Origin: Ministeria vibrans ATCC 50519
Taxonomy: Eukaryota > Protista > Filasterea
Length of the DNA: 55,335 bases
Direction of reading: 5' to 3'
Assembly: GCA_943704425.1 (NCBI GenBank)
Contig: CALSCP010001769.1
Coordinates: forward strand, 1 to 55,335
Numbering within the stretch: position 1 is the stretch's first letter; each line of letters begins with the position of its first letter. The notes below the pieces were generated by a model. That model had not been told where the DNA came from. It saw only the letters and a program-made list of their open reading frames with translations, and made no database searches. Position numbers and translations under genes: made by a program. Shown here piece by piece: positions 46,201 to 55,335 of the stretch.

Positions 46201-49200
46201 GGTGTGTGCTCGGCGTCTCTGGGTAGCACACTGTTTACGTGTACGTGTCCTGGTGGGTTCACTGGGGCGACGTGCGACGTGGCGCTGACAGTGTGTGATT
46301 CGTCGCCGTGTCAGGCGGGCGGTACGTGTGTGGCGGGTCCGGAGGCGTCTTTCTCGTGCGTGTGTGCTGCGTCGATGACGGGTGCAGTGTGTGACGAAGT
46401 GGTGGAGCTGTGTTCGAGCGCTCCTTGTGTGGGAGCCGGAAGCGAGTGCACTGAGGCGGGTGTGCTGGCACAGGAGCGTGTTGCCGAGGTGGGGAATGTT
46501 ACATGGCTGTACTTGCCTGTCGCAGTGGACGTTGGCGAGAGTGTGGTTCTGGCAGTGGACGTGTCTGGAGCGCTGACGGGTGGCACACCAGTGATAGTGT
46601 CAGTGGGCGGGTGGAATGCGAGCGTGTTTGACAATGCCGCTTCGTCGTCTGTGGTGTGTGTGCAAGGCCGGCGTGCATTTGTGGTACCGTCGGCTGTGTT
46701 GGCGCAGGCGAATTACACCGTGCGTGTGAGTGTTTCGACAGCGGCTGGTGTGAGCTGCAACAGCGAGTATGTGTCGGTGACGATTGTATCTACGATGGCG
46801 AGTGGCATTACATGCGAGTGTGGTGCGGGTTTGACGGGCGTGGTGTGTGAAAGTGACATTGACGAGTGTGCATCGAGTCCGTGTGCGAATGGTGGAACGT
46901 GCGCGAACAAAGTGAGCACGTACGCGTGTGGCTGCCTGCCAGGGTTTACCGGAGTCGACTGCACGGCGAGCGTGGATGAGTGCCAGTCGTCGCCGTGTGG
47001 CGTGACGGGCCTGACGGGTGTGTGTTCGCTGAGCGACTACCGTGCGACAGAGGGTCGCGGTGGCGTGGTGGGTCCCGCACGATTGACGTTTACGTTTGAG
47101 CAGGTTCCGCCTGTGGGCAGTGGATATGTGGAGGTGACGTCGAATGCAGATTTGAGCACGACGATTGAGACACTGACTCTGGAGAGTGTCACTGCGCCGT
47201 CGTTTGTTGAGCGCATGTTTACGTCGGCGTTTGCAGGTGGTGACTGTGTGAACCGCACACATACCGTCCCACTTTCAGCATCGCTGCTGCAGCAAATGCG
47301 CGACGGCAATGGGACGGTGGCATTTGAGTTGGAGGTGTCGACGGCTGTGAGTGGCGGAATCTGTGGACATGAGCCGTCGGCGTGGGTCACGCTTGTGGCG
47401 GGTCGCGATGTGTTTTCGTGCGCATGTCTGCCTGGGTACACTGGCGAACTGTGTGACACGGTTGTGGGCGAGTGTGCCTCGACACCGTGTCAGTCGGGCG
47501 GTACATGTGTGACGGGTGCAGGTGCAACCGAGTACACGAGTCCCGTGACGTTTTCGGGCGCTGGACAGGTGTTGACAGTGGCGGGTGTGAGCGACGTCGT
47601 GGCGGAAGGAGCAGGAGCCATTGTGGCGGTGTCCGTGGTGCAGGCTGGCACAGGTCCTGTCATTGTAAGTGGCGGCAATGCCACGCTGACGGTGTCGCGC
47701 GAGCTCTTTTCATTGTCCACGCCAGCGTGTGTGACAACACTGGACACGTTTCAGTTGTCGGCGGGCGAAGTGTCGGCGATGACGTCGGCTGACGGTGAGT
47801 TTTCGATGACTGTGACGGCAAGCGCAGCGCCGCCTGTGTCGACGTGTTTCGGTGCGACGTTTGCGATTGTGAATGTGTACTCGCCACGATCGACGGGGAA
47901 CGTGACGTGCCTGTGTGCGCCAGGTTATACGGGGGCCGCGTGTGAGATTGACATTGACGAGTGTGGGTCGTCGCCGTGTGTGAATGCGGGCACGTGTACG
48001 GATCGTGTGAATGGATTTGCGTGCACCTGCCTCATTGGGTATTCAGGTGCGTTGTGTGAGATGGACATTGATGAGTGTGCGTCGTCGCCGTGTGGAGCCA
48101 ACAGCGTGTGCAACTCGGCGGCGTACGACCAGGCGGTGACGCATGCGGACACTTTTGGGGGGACGCAGACAGACTACACGTTTGCGGGTGTGCCTTTGGG
48201 AAGTGGATTTTTGGTGGTGACGAGCAATGCAGACTTGGCTGCGGCACAGGCGGAGTTGGTGGTGCAGTCGTCGCTGGGAGGATTCTCTGTGACGTTGTTC
48301 AACGGCACGTTTAGCGACGGACAGAACTGTGTGGGTCGGACGGCGCGTGTACCACTTTCGAGCAATGAGGTGTCGCAGATGCGGAGTGGGGATGGAATTG
48401 TGGTGTTGACGGTGACACCGTCAGTGTTTGTGGACGATGGAACGTGCTTTGGGCAGACGGTGAATACGACCATTCAACTGACAGCGGGCCTTGATGTGTT
48501 TTCGTGTACTTGTCCCCCTACTCACACTGGCGTGATGTGCGAGTCGGCCTTCGAGTTTTGTCCTTCAAGTCCCTGTGTGAACGGCGGGACATGTGCTGAA
48601 AAATTGGGCTCGTTTGCGTGCGCTTGCCCGCTCTCTGTCACGGGTGATAGATGTGAAACCATTCTCGATGGTTGTGCGTCCAATCCATGCTTGAATGGCG
48701 CCACATGTATTTCATCGGGCGCCAATTTCACATGCCATTGTCCCGTTGGTTTTTTCACTCAGCGTTGCTCGGAACAGGTGACGCCGTGCTCCTCCAGCCC
48801 CTGCCACAACAACGGCGTGTGTACCGTTAGCCCTTTTAATGCCGTCACGTGCGCATGTCCTCCTTCTTTCACCGGTCCAACTTGCGAAACTCGGGTGTTG
48901 AATTGTGATTCGTCGCCGTGCCTGGGCGGCGGCAGCTGCATTGATGGCACTGCTCTTGCTACGGCAACCACGACGGCTGTGGTTCGAGGCACTCAGGCCC
49001 TGCAGCTGCCCTTGCCCGCCGTTCTTTCGTCCGCCTCGTCGCTTCTTGTCAGCACCATTGGCGATTTCGGAACGGACAGTGAGTTTCTCACCCTCTCCGC
49101 CGGCAATTGGTCGCTGACTCTGCACGCGACCGTCAACGAGAACGATTGCTTGCACAAGATTGACGATGTGCCTCTCAGTGCCGATGACCTGGCGCAGATT

Positions 49201-52200
49201 GTCGCGAACAACGGCACCATCACCGTGCTATTCTCTAGCGGCGTTGACGACCTGTGCAACAACCCGTTTCTCACCGTGGCACTGCTCTCCAGCTCGGGCT
49301 ACATGTGTGCATGTCCATTTGGCCTGACTGGAAGCATGTGCGAGACCGACATCGACGAGTGTGCGTCGTCGCCGTGTGCCAACTTGGCATCTTGCCTTGA
49401 CGGCGTCGATGGCTTCCAGTGCAACTGTCTTCCGGGCTTCACCGGCGTGCTGTGCACGGACGACATCAACGAGTGTCTGTCGTCGCCGTGCGGCACTGGC
49501 TTGCTGACGGGCGTTTGCAGCACCGACAACTACCACGAGAGTGTGCAACACACTGGTGTGGTGGGTTCCACGACTATTCCGTTTGTGTTTGACAACGTCC
49601 CGGTGTTCGGCAGCGGCTACCTCGTGGTGACGTCGGACGCCGACCTGGGCACAGCGATTGAGACGCTGACAGTCGAGGGGGCCAATGCGGCCGCTGGCTT
49701 CTCCATCCAGCTGTTTGACACGGCGGGTGGCGCCGACTGCACCAACCGCACGGAGACAGTGGTGCTGTCGGCGGCCACGCTTGCCTCGCTGCGTAATGCC
49801 AACGGCACGGTACAGCTTAACCTGGTGGTGCCGTCGACCGTGAGTGGCGGTATTTGTGGGCACGAGCCCGCGGCGTCGATCACCCTGGTGGCAGGACGCG
49901 ATGCGTTTGAGTGCACATGTCTGCCCGGCTACAGTGGAGTGCTGTGCGACCAGATTGTGGGCGAGTGTGCGTCGATGCCGTGTCAGTCGGGCGGTACGTG
50001 CCTGCAGACGTTGACGTCGCAAGGACACGTGACACCCATCAGTTTTTCCGCTGGACCTCAGACGCTGCGCATTCCCAATGCGGCGCAGTTTGCTGGCGCG
50101 GGCGTGCAGCTGCTGGTCGAGGCGAACGCCGATCTGCAAACGGAGAATGAGTACCTGACGCTGTCGGGTGGTAACAACTCAGTGTCGGTGCGAGTGTTTG
50201 AGGCAAACCGCGGATTGGACTGCGTACTGAAGTCGGAAGGCGTGCTGCTGACGGCAAGCCAGGTGGCGGCCATTACTGTGGACAACTCGCTGGTGTTGGT
50301 GGTGAGTGCGTCGAATCAAGTGGACGATTTTTGCACGGATTCGTTTGTGCGCATTGTGGCACTTTCACTGGGCAGCGCGGCGAACGGCACGTCGTGTGTG
50401 TGTCCGCCTGGCTACACCGGTGTGTTTTGTGAGGTGAACATTGACGATTGTGTGTCGTCGCCGTGCGTCAATGGTGCAACTTGCACCGATGGCGTTGCAT
50501 CGTTCCAGTGTTCGTGTCTGGCGGGCTTTGGGGATGCGCAGTGTGAATTGGATGTGGACGAGTGCGAATCGTCGCCGTGTGGCTCGTCGGCACTTGCATC
50601 GACGTGCAACACCGAGTCGTACAACACGAGCGTGTCGCATACAAACACGGTGGGCGGCACGTCGACAGCGTACACGTTTGACTCGGTGCCGGCCGGCAGC
50701 GGCTACATTGTGGTGACGAGCAATGCGGACTTGGCGTCGGCACAAGCGGAGCTGGTGCTCAGCGCAGGCATGTGGTCGTTGACGGTGTTCAACGAGTCGT
50801 ATGCGAGCAACTGTGTCGAGCGATCGGTGCTGGTGCCGCTGACGCAGGCAGACTTTGCAGCGATGCAGCAGAACGGCGGAAGCGGCGCAGTGGTAATCAC
50901 AGTGGTGCCGTCGGCGTATGTGGACGACGGTACGTGTGGCAGCGGCACGACGACCACCATTCAGCTGGTGGGCGGTCGAAACACCTTTTCGTGTGCGTGC
51001 ACTGCGGGCTTTACAGGCGTTCAGTGTGAGTCGGTGTTGGGCGCGTGTCAATCGGATCCGTGTTTAAACAGCGGCACATGTGTGCTGGGTGCGGCCGTGT
51101 CGTCGTCGCGCGTGGGACCGGTCTCGTCTGTGTCGGGACCCGTGACGGTGACGTTGGCGGGGGTGCCGAGTGGTGTTGATGGCGAACTGGTTGTGTCGAG
51201 CAACAGTGACCTTGGTAGCAGCAATGAGTTGCTGACGGTGTCCGGCGGCAACTTTTCGTCGGCGGTGTTCGACACGGGCAACGTGGGTGATTGCGGACTG
51301 CGCACGAGTACGGTAGCCATTAGTGCGGCACAGGTTGCTGGAGCAACGGTCAACGGTGTGCTCACACTGACGGTGTTGCCTGCGAATACTGTGGACGATT
51401 TTTGTGCCGAGTCGTACGTGGAAGTGTCGTTTTTGAGTGCCGACATGAACGCCTTTCTGTGTGTGTGCCCTGTGACAGCGTCGGGTGCAACGTGCGAGTT
51501 GGTGGATGCGTGTGCGTCGCAGCCGTGTTTCAACGGGGGCTCGTGTACCACGGGGCCGGGAGTGTATGCGTGTGCGTGTGCGGAGGGAACGACAGGCGAC
51601 AATTGCGAGACGGACCTTGACGAGTGCGAGTCGAGTCCGTGTGCCAATAGTGGCACATGCGAAGATGCGCTTGGTGGATTTACGTGTCTGTGTGACTCGC
51701 TGTACTATGGCGCACTCTGTGACGAGTCGGCGTGCTTTTCGTCGCCGTGCATGAATGGCGGTGTGTGCTCGGCGTCTCTGGGTAGCACACTGTTTACGTG
51801 TACGTGTCCTGGTGGGTTCACTGGGGCGACGTGCGACGTGGCGCTGACAGTGTGTGATTCGTCGCCGTGTCAGGCGGGCGGTACGTGTGTGGCGGGTCCG
51901 GAGGCGTCTTTCTCGTGCGTGTGTGCTGCGTCGATGACGGGTGCAGTGTGTGACGAAGTGGTGGAGCTGTGTTCGAGCGCTCCTTGTGTGGGAGCCGGAA
52001 GCGAGTGCACTGAGGCGGGTGTGCTGGCACAGGAGCGTGTTGCCGAGGTGGGGAATGTTACATGGCTGTACTTGCCTGTCGCAGTGGACGTTGGCGAGAG
52101 TGTGGTTCTGGCAGTGGACGTGTCTGGAGCGCTGACGGGTGGCACACCAGTGATAGTGTCAGTGGGCGGGTGGAATGCGAGCGTGTTTGACAATGCCGCT

Positions 52201-55200
52201 TCGTCGTCTGTGGTGTGTGTGCAAGGCCGGCGTGCATTTGTGGTACCGTCGGCTGTGTTGGCGCAGGCGAATTACACCGTGCGTGTAAGTGTTTCGACAG
52301 CGGCTGGTGTGAGCTGCAACAGCGAGTATGTGTCGGTGACGATTGTATCTACGATGGCGAGTGGCATTACATGCGAGTGTGGTGCGGGTTTGACGGGCGT
52401 GGTGTGTGAAAGTGACATTGACGAGTGTGCATCGAGTCCGTGTGCGAATGGTGGAACGTGCGCGAACAAAGTGAGCACGTACGCGTGTGGCTGCCTGCCA
52501 GGGTTTACCGGAGTCGACTGCACGGCGAGCGTGGATGAGTGCCAGTCGTCGCCGTGTGGCGTGACGGGCCTGACGGGTGTGTGTTCGCTGAGCGACTACC
52601 GTGCGACAGAGGGTCGCGGTGGCGTGGTGGGTCCCGCACGATTGACGTTTACGTTTGAGCAGGTTCCGCCTGTGGGCAGTGGATATGTGGAGGTGACGTC
52701 GAATGCAGATTTGAGCACGACGATTGAGACACTGACTCTGGAGAGTGTCACTGCGCCGTCGTTTGTTGAGCGCATGTTTACGTCGGCGTTTGCAGGTGGT
52801 GACTGTGTGAACCGCACACATACCGTCCCACTTTCAGCATCGCTGCTGCAGCAAATGCGCGATGGCAATGGGACGGTGGCATTTGAGTTGGAGGTGTCGA
52901 CGGCTGTGAGTGGCGGAATCTGTGGACATGAGCCGTCGGCGTGGGTCACGCTTGTGGCGGGTCGCGATGTGTTTTCGTGCGCATGTCTGCCTGGGTACAC
53001 TGGCGAACTGTGTGACACGGTTGTGGGCGAGTGTGCCTCGACACCGTGTCAGTCGGGCGGTACATGTGTGACGGGTGCAGGTGCAACCGAGTACACGAGT
53101 CCCGTGACGTTTTCGGGCGCTGGACAGGTGTTGACAGTGGCGGGTGTGAGCGACGTCGTGGCGGAAGGAGCAGGAGCCATTGTGGCGGTGTCCGTGGTGC
53201 AGGCTGGCACAGGTCCTGTCATTGTAAGTGGCGGCAATGCCACGCTGACGGTGTCGCGCGAGCTCTTTTCATTGTCCACGCCAGCGTGTGTGACAACACT
53301 GGACACGTTTCAGTTGTCGGCGGGCGAAGTGTCGGCGATGACGTCGGCTGACGGTGAGTTTTCGATGACTGTGACGGCAAGCGCAGCGCCGCCTGTGTCG
53401 ACGTGTTTCGGTGCGACGTTTGCGATTGTGAATGTGTACTCGCCACGATCGACGGGGAACGTGACGTGCCTGTGTGCGCCAGGTTATACGGGGGCCGCGT
53501 GTGAGATTGACATTGACGAGTGTGGGTCGTCGCCGTGTGTGAATGCGGGCACGTGTACGGATCGTGTGAATGGATTTGCGTGCACCTGCCTCATTGGGTA
53601 TTCAGGTGCGTTGTGTGAGATGGACATTGATGAGTGTGCGTCGTCGCCGTGTGGAGCCAACAGCGTGTGCAACTCGGCGGCGTACGACCAGGCGGTGACG
53701 CATGCGGACACTTTTGGGGGGACGCAGACAGACTACACGTTTGCGGGTGTGCCTTTGGGAAGTGGATTTTTGGTGGTGACGAGCAATGCAGACTTGGCTG
53801 CGGCACAGGCGGAGTTGGTGGTGCAGTCGTCGCTGGGAGGATTCTCTGTGACGTTGTTCAACGGCACGTTTAGCGACGGACAGAACTGTGTGGGTCGGAC
53901 GGCGCGTGTACCACTTTCGAGCAATGAGGTGTCGCAGATGCGGAGTGGGGATGGAATTGTGGTGTTGACGGTGACACCGTCAGTGTTTGTGGACGATGGA
54001 ACGTGCTTTGGGCAGACNNNNNNNNNNNNNNNNNNNNNNNNNNNNNNNNNNNNNNNNNNNNNNNNNNNNNNNNNNNNNNNNNNNNNNNNNNNNNNNNNNN
54101 NNNNNNNNNNNNNNNNGTACCACTTTCGAGCAATGAGGTGTCGCAGATGCGGAGTGGGGATGGAATTGTGGTGTTGACGGTGACACCGTCAGTGTTTGTG
54201 GACGATGGAACGTGCTTTGGGCAGACTGTGGACACGACTATTGAGTTGAAAGCTGGACTAGATTCATTCCGATGCTCCTGTGCCTACTTTTACACCGGAG
54301 CCAACTGTGAAATTTTTCTCGGGTCGTCTATTACGCCCCTTGCGGTACCTGCCACTTCGGCACTCTCTGAGCCGCTGACGACCGCAGCTGCTCAACCCGA
54401 GTCTACGGTGGTTGATGCTGCAACGAGTGCCGTTGGTGTTGCTTCTCTGCAGACTTCCGTGGTTGGTGTTGCGCCCGCACAAACCACTGATTTTGATGTT
54501 GCACAGACGACGGATATTGTCATTGCACCCGCACAGACCACTATTGTCGCTGCTGCTCCTGCACAGACCACTGACGTTGGTGTTGTACCCGCACAGACCA
54601 CAAATGGTGTTATTGATCTCTCACAGACCACGGATGTTGGTGCTGCGCCCGCACTGACCACAAATGGTGTTATTGCGCCCGCACAGACCACTGATGTCGG
54701 TGTTGCGCCCGCACAGACCACAAATGGGGTTATTGTGCCCGCACAAACCACTGATGTCGGTGGTGTGCCCGCACAGACCACCGACGTTGATGTTGCACCT
54801 GCGCAGACCACGGATGGTATTATTGTCCCCGCACAGACCACTGACGGTGGTGTTGCACGCGCACAGACAACAGATGTTGGTGTTGTGTCCCCACAGACCA
54901 CTCATGCTGGTGTTGCGCCCGCACAGACCACAAATGGGGTTATTGCGCCTGCGCAGACCACTGATGTCGTTGTTGCGCCCGCACAGACCACAAATGGGGT
55001 TATTGTGCCCGCACAAACCACTGATGTCGGTGGTGTGCCCGCACAGACCACCGACGTTGATGTTGCACCTGCGCAGACCACGGATGGTATTATTGTCCCC
55101 GCACAGACCACTGACGGTGGTGTTGCACGCGCACAGACAACAGATGTTGGTTTTGTGGCCCCACAGACTACTCATGCTGGTGTTGCGCCCGCACAGACCA

Positions 55201-55335
55201 CAAATGGGGTTATTGCGCCCGCGCAGACCACTGATGTCGGTGGTGTGCCCGCACAGACCACCGACGTTGATGTTGCGCCTGCGCAGACCACGGATGGTAT
55301 TATTGTCCCCGCACAGACCACTGACGGTGGTGTTG
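43258..55335 (+). CDS. Giant secreted/cell-surface protein: calcium-binding EGF repeats, many with inserted ~100-aa domains, then a mucin-like Thr-rich stalk; continues past the gap and the window end
   Basis: Signal MQRVAVVFAVVLACLPTTLA and many DIDECASSPCxNxxxC..CxCxxGFTGxxC repeats. After gap 54018-54116 the frame resumes (...FRCSCAYFYTGANCE) into PAQTT repeats. Confidence 0.92.
43351..54017 (+). repeat. 5,559-bp near-identical tandem duplication (unit 1 43351-48909; unit 2 from 48910, interrupted by gap)
   Basis: ORF track entries recur at +5559 (e.g. 43434/48993, 45489/51048). Confidence 0.95.
54470..55335 (+). repeat. 30-bp coding minisatellite encoding (PAQTTDxGVx)n mucin-like repeats
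   Basis: gcacagacca recurs every 30 bp, with higher-order 270- and 210-bp periods. Confidence 0.95.

Noticed and set aside
43258-54300. Calling the EGF protein Notch or Crumbs
   Set aside because: No LNR, ankyrin, DSL or laminin-G domains are visible; only generic cbEGF similarity.
54392-55175. Minus-strand Cys-rich repeat ORFs (VVCAG.., GLCG..)
   Set aside because: Antisense readings of the PAQTT minisatellite; the plus frame continues the EGF protein.

Overview
Compact eukaryotic nuclear DNA (GT-AG introns rich in CT/CA microsatellites, TTAGGG-type repeats, four N gaps). The gene set (ABHD16A, AHI1, NUP107, C14orf119-like, multi-SH3, calcium-binding EGF arrays) suggests a unicellular holozoan-type protist, but that is inference. 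The standout is a pair of identical, circularly permuted tRNA-Ile(AAU) genes (25770-25850 minus, 29535-29615 plus). In each, the 3' half (A38-A73) lies upstream of the 5' half (G1-A37), joined by a 3-nt TTC linker and broken at the canonical 37/38 intron site. Both have a conserved ~95-bp upstream region with a TTTATA box and an oligo-T terminator. Also notable: a ~3,690-aa secreted protein resembling bacterial giant RTX/Ca-binding proteins, a nearby multi-pass membrane protein apparently sharing one of its modules, a giant EGF protein with a ~100-aa domain inserted inside many EGF repeats and a 5,559-bp internal duplication, a LINE-type APE endonuclease fragment, and a divergent intronless actin. 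All calls are by eye; no searches were run.
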